A stretch of 64,000 nucleotides of DNA from Octopus sinensis (GCF_006345805.1 NC_043012.1:34906001-34970000), one strand, 5' to 3'; shown: positions 39,597 to 51,670, counted from the stretch's first letter. Notes: generated by a model not told the origin, from the sequence alone. Made by a program: numbers and translations.

Positions 39597-41124
39597 TTCT
39601 CTCAATGAACTGGTGGCTACTTTTAAAGCGTTGGGCAGAAATAAGGTTTAAACCCTAAGAAGAATAAAAAACTTTCTCACAGTAAAATTGGAAGGATCAC
39701 GTCAGGAATAGGAAGTTGAATGAGACTTCAAGAGGCTGAAATCAAGATACTTTAGTCATCAGATCTGCATATCATTGTTGTTGATGTTTTTTAGTCCCAG
39801 GTCAACATTGATAATGAAGATCTCTGATCAAAGGTATTCCTGCTATGACCATCACATTAATTTTAGAACTACATAACTTTTATATTTCATTTTTGGATTT
39901 GGTTTGCAAGATTCTTTATATGAGTTCGTGTGTTGAAGCATATTCTATTGTGTCTGGGGAGAGTCATTTTCTTTTTGGGCTTTATAATCTGAGACACTAA
40001 CCGGTAAAATGTCCCCTTATTTCCTATTTCATTTTCTTAAAATTTTCGTTGCGTCTTGCAACCTTTTCAATAGTCTTTTTCAACTTTTTCAAATAGTCTT
40101 TTTTGCAACCTTTTCAAGAGTCAAGACACAACGAAAATTTTAGGACAATAAAAATAAGAAAAAAAGTGAAAATTTTACCAGTGAGTGTGTTAAATTATAA
40201 GGCACAAAAAGAAAATGACTCTCTCCAGACACAATAGAATTTTTATATTCTTTTCCTGCATTTTTTTTAAATGGGAGGATGTGATTTGAGGGAGAATTTG
40301 CTGCTATTTCTAGAAGCTTAAGCAACCATGCTGAAGCAGATTCATTAAGTTTCTCTCAATGAACTGGTGGCTACTTTTAAAGCGTTGGGCAGAAATAAGG
40401 TTTAAACCCTAAGAAGAATAAAAAATTTTCTCACAGTAAAAATGGAAGGATAATATCAGGAATAGGAAGTTGAATGAGACTTCAAGACGCTGAAATTAAG
40501 ATACTTTAGTCATCAGATCTGCATATCATTGTTGTTGATGTTTTTTAGTCCCGGGTCAACATTGATAATGAAGATCTCTGATCAAAGGTATTCCTGCTAT
40601 GACCATCACATTAATTTTAGAACTACATAACTTTTATATTTCAGTTTTGGATTTGGTTTGCAAGATTCTTTATATGAGTTCGTGTGTTGAAGCATATTCT
40701 GTTGTGTCTGGGGAGAGTCATTTTCTTTTTGGGCCTTATTATGTAACACACTCACCGGTAAAATTTCCCCTTATTTCCTATTTTATTTTCTTAAAATTTT
40801 CGTTGCGTCTTGCAACCTTTTCAATAGTCTTTTTCAACTTTTTCAAATAGTCTTTCTTGCAACCTTTTCAAGAGTCAAGACTCTTGAAAAGGTTGCAAGA
40901 CACAACGAAAATTTTAGGACAATAAAAATAAGAAAAAAAGTGAGAATTTTACCAGTGAGTGTGTTAGATTATAAGGCACAAAAAGAAAATGACTTTCCCC
41001 AGACACCATAGAACTATTATATTCTTTTCCTGCATTTTTTTTAAATGGGAGGATGTAATTTGAGGGAGAATTTGCTACTATTTCTAGAAGCCCAAGCAAC
41101 CATGCTGAAGCAGATTCATTAAGT
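39597..41124. repeat. Diverged tandem duplication (754 bp + 774 bp), each unit holding a ~300-bp fold-back
   Basis: ttctctcaatgaactgg starts at 39597 and 40351, and both units end gattcattaagt. There are many substitutions between units. Confidence 0.93.
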
Positions 41125-41412
41125 AGTCATACCTGTATATTCTTTGAAAAAGTCATTTTATTATATAAAAATCAATCAACTGATATTCTCTTTAACTCTT
41201 AAAAGTTATTGCAGTGCTTTTTCTATATAAATATCCTACACCTGTTAGAAATTAGAAATTTTGGTGAAAATGCAGTCATAACAATAAAAATCATAAAAAA
41301 ATAACTATTGAACGAATTTGGCTGAAACTTGGTGATAAGATGTAATGATTGTCACTGTATATTGTCAATAAGGTTTTTACCTGTTGTTCATTAGACAAGG
41401 ATATTTTTGCAT

Positions 41413-41637
41413 GATTGCCAGTACCACCTGACTGGCCCCTGTGCCGGTGGCACGTAAAAAGCACCCACTACACTCTCAGAGTGGTTGGCATTAGGAAGGG
41501 CATCCAGCTGTAGAAACTCTGCCAGATCAAGATTGGGGCCTGGTGCAGCCATCTGGTTCGCCAGTCCTCAGTCAAAATCGTCCAACCCATGTTAGCATGG
41601 AAAGAGGATGTTAAACGATGATGATGATGATGATGAT
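41413..41637 (+). mobile_element. Retroposon family C
   Basis: Same body and tail. Confidence 0.85.
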
Positions 41638-41759
41638 ATCTTGAGCATTGTTTTCTTATCTGAGCTCCAGTAATCTTTGTAAGCTGGAGGTTGCATAACT
41701 CCCAAGAGAAAAAGCATTCTGAGATATAACTTCATCTTCTCCATTAATGTAATGAAGTT

Positions 41760-42117
41760 GGTATTGCCCTACACTCGCCTCCTTATGAGAGCTCAAAATC
41801 TCTCGTGGAAGCGTCATCCAACCAAAATGCAAATATATGGGAAACTACCACCTGTGTCATCTCTTGTGAAAGGTAAGAGAGTCCAGTTTGCTGGACATTG
41901 TTGTAGAGCTGAAAAAGAGGTAATTTCTACTCTTCTCCTCTGGAAGCCATCTACTTGCAATACCAGAGGGCGCACACTCTCCTACCCTGATGTAATCTCC
42001 AGGGATACAGGCATCCAGCAACAGGACCTCCGTAATGCCATGATGGACTGTGAAGTCTGGCGTAGCATGGTAAATTCCATTGTCTCGACCACGGTCAAAC
42101 AATGATGATGATGATTA
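41760..42117 (+). mobile_element. 5'-truncated RTE-type LINE 3' end
   Basis: The ORF YTRLLMRAQNLSWKRHPT...RVQFAGHCCRA...LLLWKP...RGR...AMMDCEVWR ends in a (GAT)n tail. Confidence 0.8.
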
Positions 42118-43505
42118 CGGCTTCATTGCTCAACTTGATATAAAATTCTTCAGGGAAAAGTTGATAAAATGCTCAGTGGGTTTCTCTTTTAACTTAAAAG
42201 GCTTTTTTTTAAAGTCAACATCTCTAATAAAAGCATCAATGCAATGACCAAATGTTATCATTCCACTCCTGTTTTGGATAAACTCTGTCATCATTGCTTG
42301 AAATATATTCCACTCAGTCAGTGTGTACAGATGACACTGAAGTATCATTCTGATTATCTTTTTTTAAAGTCCAAACTTTCTTTTTCTGATTAAACCATGA
42401 ATAACATCACCTAATTCTATTTCAATGCTTGAGTATTGAGTGCTATGATGGCTGAAAGTCACAGCAAAACAAAAATCACCCAAAACAAATTCACTGAATA
42501 AACAAGATTAAACACAGATGGTGTAAACAGGAAGTCTTTTGACAGAAAGTTCTTTATAAAATGAGGCTAATGTTTGTGTCTCACACAGAAGAGTGCTTAG
42601 TCCTTATTTTCAAGTTCCAAACAATGACACCTCTTGAGCTACAGTCACTTGCAGTTCAGGATTTGGTGACATTTGTGGATATTTATGGTACAAGTCGGTG
42701 AGAGTTAATAAAGTTAGAATCCAAGTAAACTAGTGATGATCTGCACGGCAAAAATTAATACAACTTGTTCAAACAAAGAATGTGGTGGTTAAGGAATGTA
42801 TCTATGAAACCATTAGATACGGTACCATTTCTTTAAATACATTGACAAATTATTTATGAGAATAAACAGAGGTAATTCCAGAAAATAGCAACACTAGGGT
42901 CTAAAAACATTATTAGGATATTCTGACATTTGTTAACCTAGAATGTTCTTCTTTAACTTGAACCCCTCAATGAATATTTTTGCTAATCTTGAACGATCTT
43001 GTTAACTAGTAACAACGACAACACCACCAACAACATGTACTTAATCCTTGTTCTAGAAACTCCTTATGTATGTCTCAAAACATGGATAATAAGATAGTAC
43101 TGCTACTACTAATGTTGCTAGAAGAAGAAAAAGAAGAAGAACAACAACAACACCAATAACAAGAGGTAACATGAAAGAGGTGATTGAAAACAGAACCAGC
43201 CTTTTAATAGACAAATACTGGTATGTCAAATACCATACAACAAAAATTCTTGGTTCATTAAAATTATCTCTACTGCTAGAGGCTGAATCTGAAGCACCAA
43301 CTGGCAATTATGACCAGCTCCACTTGAGGAGGGGAGATAATCTTAAGATTCAAGGACTCTTCAAAACTGGTTGACCATTAAAGAAATGGACAGGCTTATT
43401 GTCTAGAGATAAGAGAATGGTCATAGACATGCGTTTCCGGCTCAATAGCCTTCATCAGCATGACAATTGCCCAGCCTTATCTCCACACAGCCGAAGGACT
43501 TAGGC

Positions 43506-45074
43506 CAGAGGTGGGGAACCATTTTACGCTGAAAGGCCACATTAAGTTAGTTGAAAGGCAGCATTCAAAAAACTTCAATTAAATACTCTTCAAAGTCTAC
43601 ATTATTTTGTAAAAGTCTAACAAATGCAAAAAATTTGTTAATTCTAAAGTTAACTAACCTTTTAATGAGTTTGTTGACTGTGAGTTGCAGGAAAGCCTTC
43701 AAATATTTGGTTGCAACATAGAAATCTTTAGTTTCAGCCGATCCTCTAGATGGGTATTTGTCATTTGTGACCTTAAGGGTGTCTTGATTTTGGTAAGGCA
43801 GGAGAATGTAGAATTTACAGCAATAAGTGGTTGAAAAGCAAGAAAGTATTTTTTGTGCTTATTACCAAAGACAAGCATTTTTTCCATATTGCAATGAGAT
43901 CTTTCTCAATATTAAATAAGAACTTTAAAATGTCATCTTCTGAAAGCTCAATTCTGTCTGTAGTTCTTTAGGAGCTTTGGAGACATCAACTACCTGAGGT
44001 GAAAATACAATTCTGTTGCGGCCCAAATGAAGTATAAAACCTGCACTGAGTCAGTTGTATGAGTGGATTCAGGCAAAGTAATTCAATAATATATATTTTC
44101 CTTTTGGAGTATTGTGTGAAGTTGTTCTGCTAATTCATGCTGCTGGTCAGTTAGGGTTCTCCTTGAAAGGGGCAGTTGTTTGTACTTTGAGACCTTATGG
44201 TGGGGCTAAGCATCCTGCAACTTCTACAAGGCATTCTTTTATGTTTTCCACATCCCTGAATGGCTTCCTTTTTCCTCCCCCCCCCCAACATATATAAGCT
44301 GCTTTATAAGTTGCTTTTGTGGCATTATTCCCAGGTTTTACCCCTGCTTGAAACAACTGCTTTTGCTTTTGTTTTCCCATAATGCAACCTTTCACATCCC
44401 TTCCTCCAGTCTGAAATGTTTGTGATCATTACAAGTGGCTTAATGCTGATGAGCATGAAAATCTTTCAATGTTGATATGCAGCGTCACAAAGCAAGCAAA
44501 TCCTCTTATCTTTAGCAGATAAAAAAATAATAATTTTGCCATTCCCAATCCTCATGGAAACCTCTGTTTTCTTCCTTCAGAGTTCTCTCGGTCTTCTTTG
44601 ACACGAAGGACTGTTAAGCAGACAGAATAAAAACAATAGAGTAAATATGCAGATATGGTCAGGCTATGCAACTATTCTCAAATTCCAGTTCAAATGGAAA
44701 ACCATGTGCACCATTGTCACAAGTTGATAATCATTGATGCACTGGACCCATCATGGGCTCTCGTTAACCATCCTTGGTTATTAGTAGCGCTAGTCACATG
44801 ACGAAGTTAACATATTATCTAGAGTCACATTAGAACTAGGTGCCAAAATAATCCTGATGACTTACTAATTTTTTAATTGTGGCAGTTTGTTGGGGAGAAT
44901 TATTTCAATGAACTTTATTTTACTCTTTCGTATTTTAAAGAAGTTCATTTTAAAGTTAAAATTAAAATAATAAAAGACAAAGCTATTAATAAAAACAAAA
45001 GATTTGTTCAAAAAGCCATGCGTAATGACCGAAAAGGCTGTATGCAGCCTTAAAGCAATGGTTCCCCGCCCCTG
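43506..45074 (-). mobile_element. Deleted hAT (Charlie/SPIN-like) transposon
   Basis: TIRs cagaggtggggaacc / ggttccccgcccctg and a degenerate 8-bp TSD (acttaggc / acatagac). Remnants include KPFRDVENIKECL and STFSCLTKIKTPLRSQMTNTHLEDRLKL (dimerisation domain). Confidence 0.85.
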
Positions 45075-45221
45075 ACATAGACATATACAAAATAGAAGAG
45101 AAAGCAGTTATGGCATAGATGATTTGCATAATTTAGACAAAAATGAACTAAGAGAAATAACTCAAAGTGGCCAGTGACATGCATTTCAATAAGATAGATA
45201 AACACCAGTATGTTAAATACC

Positions 45222-45445
45222 TATTTCTTTACTACCCACAAGGGGCTAAACACAGAGGGAACAAACAAGGACAGACAAACAGGTTAAGTCGATAATTCGA
45301 CCCCAGTGCGTAACTGGTACTTATTTAATCGACCCCGAAAGGATGAAAGGTTAAGTCGACCGTGGCAGAATTTGAACTCAGAATGTAATGGCAGACGAAA
45401 TACCACTAAGCATTTCGCCTGGTGTGCTAACATTTCTGCTCAGAG
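45222..45445 (-). mobile_element. SINE family B
   Basis: Flanked by aaatacc on both sides. Confidence 0.88.
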
Positions 45446-46116
45446 AAATACCATACAACAAAAATTCTTGAACGAAAACTCATGGATTTAAAAATATGAT
45501 AAATGTACTGAAAATGACACTGCTAGTCACCACACGTATACTATTTAAATCACTTTTGATACAGTAAACACAACAAAACTAAACAAAATATTGCATATGC
45601 AAAGTACATAGAACTACATTTACTCGGTAGTGCAGTGGAAGCTCCAGTGAAAATAAGACTATTGAACAACAAGAACAACAACAACAGTAATGACAACAAT
45701 AATCCTTTCCACTATAAGCACAAGCATGAAATCTTAGGGGAGAGAGAGAGAGCCAGTGGATTACATGAACCCTAGTGTTTGACTGGTACTTATTTCATTG
45801 ACCTTGGTGGAATTGGAATTCAGAATATAAGGAAAGCTGAAATGCCACTAAGCATTTTGTTTGGCATTTTAACGAATCTGCAAGCTCACTGCCTTAACAA
45901 CACCAACACCACCAACATCACCACCAACACCACCAACATCACCACCAACAACAACAATAGTAGTAAGTACAGCATTGATAAAACAATAGAAGCATTTCTG
46001 TGTAGATTGTGCAGAAAAATGAAATGTAGAAAAGCGAAACAAAGTTTATGCATTTTCATTAATGTTTGTGTACAATACTCAATCAGTGGCAACAGGGATT
46101 ATTTCTGTTGTAGATA

Positions 46117-46337
46117 TATTTCTTTACTACCCTCAAGGGGCTAAACATAGAGGGGACAAACAAGGACAGACAGACGGATTAAGTCGATCACATCGACCCC
46201 AGTACTTTATTTAGCGATCCCGAAAGGATGAAAGGCAAAGTCGACCTCGGCGGAATTTGAACTGAGAACATAACGGCAGACGAAATACCGCTAAGCATTT
46301 CGCCCGGTGTTCTAACATTTCTGCTAGTTCGCCGCCT
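46117..46337 (-). mobile_element. SINE family B
   Basis: Same body. Confidence 0.88.
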
Positions 46338-46359
46338 TTTAGTAATACAGAAAATACCA

Positions 46360-46790
46360 TGACACAGTTGTACAGTGGGTATGGGCTAAAGTGTATTGGC
46401 AATTAGTACAAACACAAACCCTTTCCAGATTTGGAGAATAATCGAGTGAAATGCATGTGGTTCATGGGAGTCTGTACAGATAAGATACTGCAACATAATC
46501 ATCCAGTTATCACTCTTCTATGGAAAAAGACTAAAGAATGGATCTTCATTGACATAACAGGACCTGTAGATCAGAACATTGTGGAGAATGAGAAAGCTCA
46601 AAGATATCACAACCTGGCATTTGAAGCGGAGCATATTTGTAGAGCCTCAATAATGAGTGTGATACTCATTGTGATTGGTGCACTAAAAATCAACTCAAAG
46701 AACACAAAAACTTGGCATGAAAAGTTGGAACTATCAGACACCAGGCAGCCATATTTGGAACAGTGCATGTGTTAAGGAAAGTGTTGCATC
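46360..46790 (+). mobile_element. Fragment of an RLE-endonuclease non-LTR retrotransposon (R2/R4/NeSL-like)
   Basis: The ORF ENNRVKCMW..V.TDKILQHNHP.I...K..K..IFIDI..P.DQNI.E.EK..RY..L..E...VILIVIGAL is a degenerate PD-(D/E)xK endonuclease. Confidence 0.75.
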
Positions 46791-47209
46791 TATAAGTTGC
46801 AGGAAGGAGCTGAGACATGATATAGGTAACTAGGAACATTAAAACTAGAGAGAATTATGATAACAATAATGGGTTCTAATTTAGGCAGAAAGCTCACTCT
46901 AGTCAAGTATGATAGATAAACACCTCATCCTTCTACTCATTTTCATTTTACTTCACAATTACTTCAATTGTAGGGCTCCATTATCATTGAAGATTTCTCC
47001 TGGTGAAAGTCAAACAGACATATGATCAAAGACATTCCACTGATGGCCATCCCATTTTATTCTTTGACATTATACAGTATGAAGGTATCCAGTATATACA
47101 GTATTCAGTTTGTTAGGGGTTGATTTGAGGGAGATTTGGCTGCTATTTCTAACAGATCAATGTGAATGAGATTTACCAGTCTAAAAGGATATTAATGATT
47201 ATACGATGC

Positions 47210-47215
47210 TTTATT
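47210..47215 (-). terminator. Candidate polyadenylation signal (AATAAA) for ULK3
   Basis: tttatt on the + strand, about 150 nt after the predicted stop. The motif is common in AT-rich DNA. Confidence 0.4.
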
Positions 47216-47366
47216 TACAAGATATTTTTGTGTATGAGTGGACAATGACACACACACACATAAACACTCATATATTTATATACAATATTTTAAAGACTGT
47301 TTTTCCAAACAACATAAGTTGGTTAAGTTTGAAGTATATTTTATGGCCACTTCTCTTCATTTTGGG

Positions 47367-47428
47367 TCATCTTTTCTGTGAGTCAGTCTCAACAGATATA
47401 GATGGCCCATGCTGACATGAGCAGATAA
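47367..47428 (-). CDS. ULK3: Probable terminal coding exon of ULK3: (F)ICSCQHGPSISVETDSQKR*
   Basis: A long T-rich tract with ...cttggcag| closes a 207-bp intron. Phase 1 fits, the TGA is at 47369-47367, and an AATAAA lies about 150 nt downstream. Confidence 0.65.
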
Positions 47429-47635
47429 CTGCCAAGACAATTAAAAAAAATAAAAAAAATAAAAAAGAACCGAGATCAATAAAATTAAAATAAATAGAAT
47501 TATGATAAATTATGAATAAATAACAAAAAAAAAACTTAGCAAACAACTAAGATAAAGCTAAAAAAATCGTACAATCTTTGAAGAAATAAGGGTTTGCATA
47601 GTGTGTATATTCTTGGATATATAAATATTACTTAC

Positions 47636-47744
47636 AATTTGTCATTTCTGATTCTTCATCAAGTGTTGGTATATCGTTCTGTGTCAACTTTGGTACAGAT
47701 TGATACCGTTTGATCTCTTCAGCTTTATCCAATGCTTTGTATGC
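47636..47744 (-). CDS. ULK3: ULK3-like kinase, coding exon (109 bp, phase 0 to 1): AYKALDKAEEIKRYQSVPKLTQNDIPTLDEESEMTN
   Basis: Acceptor tttttctcacctgtccag| and donor ATT|gtaagt. The MIT helix-3 motif (L.KAE.IK versus human MARAEYLK) is followed by an acidic tail. Confidence 0.88.
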
Positions 47745-48291
47745 CTGGACAGGTGAGAAAAACTAAATATATATGAGAATGTTTATTTAAATTCAAAAGC
47801 ATGTAGTTACATATAGAATTTTTCATAATTGCTGACAAATCCTGTTTTAGTGAAGTGAAGACAAAAATAATACTAAATGCCAAGAACTCTCAAAGTTAAA
47901 GGAACCTAGGTCATGGGAGACTTTGGATGAAGTAGGGAAGGCTGAGCTGAAGATGCTGCATAACAAAGAACTATGCTGATTGGTGACAAGAAATGCTGTA
48001 GACGACCCAACCACCCATGATGTAATGTGCTCTAGTATGAGAGTAGAGTTCAAAATACAGTACTTTGTACTCTACCAAAGCACTCAATACACATTTTACT
48101 ACTCACCTCAACTTACATCCTTCGAACCTTTTGAACTCCCCCCTTCTTCATTCGCCACTAGGTTTATGTATGGAACTTATGCTTATACTTATATATATAT
48201 AGGGAGAGTTTACGAAAAAAACAAAAGACGAAGATAGGTGGTGTACAAAACAAACAGATGTATTAGTATAATGCTCAGGAATAGAAAAAGT

Positions 48292-48327
48292 CTTTTACGT
48301 TTCGAGCCTACGCTCTTCTACAGAAAG
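48292..48327 (-). ncRNA. Minimal type I hammerhead-like motif with a core substitution
   Basis: CUUU-CUGUAGA-A-GAGC(GUAG)GCUC-GAA-ACGU-A-AAAG, within a ~230-bp repeat in a TA tract. Confidence 0.5.
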
Positions 48328-48998
48328 GGACACAGAAAAAACAAGGAGAGAAAAAAAAGGAGAGAAAAAAAAGAGACAAAAAAATGTGTGTAGTGGCTAA
48401 CGATCTATCATGGCGATATATATATATACATATATCCCTAATCTGTATTCACATCTATGTATTAACTTAATAAAAAAACACCTATATATATTACATACAC
48501 ACATACAACTACATCTAGACCATCAACCATCCTCCTACTCTTGATTACCATTCACTACATTCACCCTTACCTTCACCTCTAACCATTTCTCATCCCCCAC
48601 ATACGCTCCTGCAATCTCTGCTCACCCATCCTTCTCGATTGTATGTTCCTCTACATTCTCTTCTATTCTTCCTTTTTGTACCTTGAGTGTGTTTATATCC
48701 CCATAACTTAGCAGTTTGGCAAAAGGGATTGATAGAATAAGTATTGGACTTAAAATATTATGTACCAGGCTTGATTTGTTCAACTAAGACTCTTCAAAGT
48801 GGTGCCCCAGCATGGCCACAGTCTCTTGACTGAAACAAGTAAAAGATAAAAGATACTGCATGTAGTACTACATTATCCAACAGGTCTTTCTTCTATACAG
48901 CAGCAGCTGAGGGAAATTTGACTAATATTTTTAGCAAATTAAATGACTGCAAATAGGTTCCTCTCACTGGTTTGTAGACTCCTATCCTTCATTTGATA

Positions 48999-49376
48999 TA
49001 CTCTTTACTCTTTTACTCGTTTCAGTCACGTGACTGTGGCCATGCTGGAGCACTGCCTTTAGTCGAGCAAATCAACCCCAGGATTTATTCTTTGTATGCC
49101 TAGTACTAATTCTATCGGTCTCTTTTGCCGAACCGCTAAGTTACGGTTGTCAAGCGATGTTGGGGGACAAACACAGACACAAAAACATATACGTACATAT
49201 ATATATATATACAACGGGCTTCTTTTCAGTTTCCGTCTACCAAATCCACTCAAAAGGCTTTGGTCGGCCCAAGGCTATAGTAGAAGACACTTGCCCAAGG
49301 TGTCACGCAGTGGGACTGAACCCAGAACCATGTGGTTCGTAAGCAATTTACTTACCACATAGCCAATCCTACGCCT
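48999..49376 (-). mobile_element. SINE family A
   Basis: Reverse-complement match to the 2413 copy. Confidence 0.9.
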
Positions 49377-49639
49377 ATATTAAGAAACATGCCTAAAATA
49401 AAAGCAAATAAAAATATAACAGATGAAGATGACAGAAACCAGCCACACTATACTTCTCTGTTTATCTAATGTCATTTATGTTTGTATAACAAATTTTATT
49501 GGTGCATGCAGACATGCCTTAGCAAAATTTTAAAGGCAACTGCATTGGTTATTCACTGTCAGATAAGCCATGATGAACAGAAGTATGTTTGTAACTAGTC
49601 ACTTTGGAGGGAAAATATTTTTTTAATGAATACACAGAT

Positions 49640-49672
<33 letters not shown>

Positions 49673-49823
49673 TACTTGCATGCATGTAGACATGCACACG
49701 CTAGAGTTAGGGAGGAGGACTTTACATAGATTTCACATGTACACACATGTAGACCAACACAAGCACACAAAAACATACACACACACAATAATTAAAAACG
49801 AGCACATTATATTTTTTTAAATA

Positions 49824-49885
49824 AGCACACACACACACACACACATACACACACACATACACACACACACACACATACATACACA

Positions 49886-49926
<41 letters not shown>

Positions 49927-49943
49927 ACACACATACACACACA

Positions 49944-49982
<39 letters not shown>

Positions 49983-50205
49983 ACACACACACCACACAAC
50001 ACACACACACACATACACACACACATACACACACACACATACACACACACACACACATACACACACCACACACACATACACACCACACACACACACCACA
50101 CACACACATACACACCACACACACACATACACACACACACACACATACACACACCACACACACACAACACACACACACACATACACACACACATACACAC
50201 ACACA

Positions 50206-50253
<48 letters not shown>

Positions 50254-50260
50254 ACACACA
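49824..50260. repeat. About 440-bp compound (CA)n microsatellite
   Basis: Directly visible. It explains the poly-VC ORFs. Confidence 0.97.
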
Positions 50261-50654
50261 TAAAGCTTAAATTTCTGAATATGTACACATCAGCAAACAT
50301 ACTTCTACTTAAGGAAGAGTACACTCCATATGTTTATCTATACATAACATAACACCATACACATGCAAACACATAAGCACACACAACTAACACATACACA
50401 ACAGTGAGAGACAAGGCAGTCACATTTATTTGATTCGCCAGAAAGAGCAGCCAGATATCTTTCTTAAATCCCAGTCTACCAACTTGAAAATGAAAGGAGG
50501 CAGTGGACAATATATTCTTAGAAGCAGCATAAAAAGATGGAATAGTCTCAGATTGTTTTGATTATGGATCTACTCACTCAGTACTGACCTAGTGTTAAAT
50601 AATAACAACACAACAATTTTTGCTGGTGAGCATAGAAGACAAATTTCAACTTAC

Positions 50655-50695
50655 CTCTTGGTGTAGTAATTCTTTTCTCTTGCCTTTTGGTTCAC
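50655..50695 (-). CDS. ULK3: ULK3-like kinase, 41-bp coding exon (phase 1 to 0): (S)EPKGKRKELLHQE
   Basis: Acceptor attacag| and donor GAG|gtaagt. It matches human ULK3 MIT2 EPPGRRRELLHTE (recalled), which is the diagnostic segment for the gene call. Confidence 0.88.
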
Positions 50696-51202
50696 CTGTA
50701 ATATATAATAGTTACTCTATTAATGTGTGTGTGTGTGTGTGTGTGTGTCTGTGTGTGTGTGTGTGTATATATATCTATATATCATAATATCAAGGGCTAT
50801 TACTGTGCGTAAAAGCCACATGCTTTAATGCGACTCTAAAGTTGGTTTAGACACTGGCTACTTGATAAAATCTCATATAGATTTTATCCTTATATTTACA
50901 CACACACATTAATATATACAGTACATAGCTATGAGCTACAAATAGTTTCATGCATTGAAGATCTTATCTAAGCAGGTTTTTAAAGCACATCTAGTGTCTC
51001 CAAGTAATCTCTAGGCTCTGGGCACATGGCCGATACAAGTTGCTCTTACCTGAATGGAAAAGTAAACTGTGTATGCGTGTGTGTGTATATATATATATAG
51101 TTAATCCAAACATGAAAACACAAAGAGAAAACACAACAACACGAGGACGTGGAACAAGTATAGTGTTATTGGACGCTCAGGAAAGGAAAGAAAGACGGGG
51201 GA

Positions 51203-51236
51203 TTTAGCGTTTCGAGCAGAGCTCTTCGTCAGAAAC
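51203..51236 (-). ncRNA. Minimal type I hammerhead-like motif
   Basis: GUUU-CUGACGA-A-GAGC(UCU)GCUC-GAA-ACGC-U-AAA. The CUGANGA/GAAA core is canonical, but C replaces U at position 16.1. Confidence 0.55.
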
Positions 51237-51670
51237 ATAGGAAAAGGAAAGATCCAAGGAAGGGAAGACGGAGGAAAAAAATCGCCAACGGTACACACGC
51301 GGTCACATTTTGAATATATATATGAGTGAAAATGAAAATAAATATGATATTTGCTTTTTAATCAGATCTGATAGCATATAAGTGTCATTCTACCTTTCAT
51401 GTGCAAAAACAGGGAAATAAATAAAAAATGAAAACAAAAAGAAAACTTTATTAGATGTGTGCAACAATTAATTGATTAGAAATGGATAAGTAACTGATTA
51501 TAAACAATTTCATAAACACTCGGGAAGCAGTGAAAGAGGCAGGTCCAGGAAGATGTGGGACGATGGATAAGAAATGATTTTCAGATGTTGAGCCTCACAG
51601 AGGAAATGACAAGGGACTGAAACTTCTGGTGATATGCTGTGTTTGAGAATATAGTAAATAATATAGTAAA

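Noticed and set aside
42130-42348. 72-aa minus-strand ORF downstream of ULK3
   Set aside because: It has no homology or consistent splice context and lies beyond the candidate poly(A) signal.
42615-42697. + strand exon-like segment FQTMTPLELQSLAVQDLVTFVDIYGTS
   Set aside because: It looks protein-like but cannot be assigned, and its phase does not match neighbouring candidates.
49722-50324. Poly-VC ORFs of 146-200 aa
   Set aside because: Translation of a (TG)n microsatellite.
50960-51051. Minus-strand acceptor ttttccattcag|gtaag in the ULK3 intron
   Set aside because: All frames stop quickly, and the flanking exons already join in phase without it.
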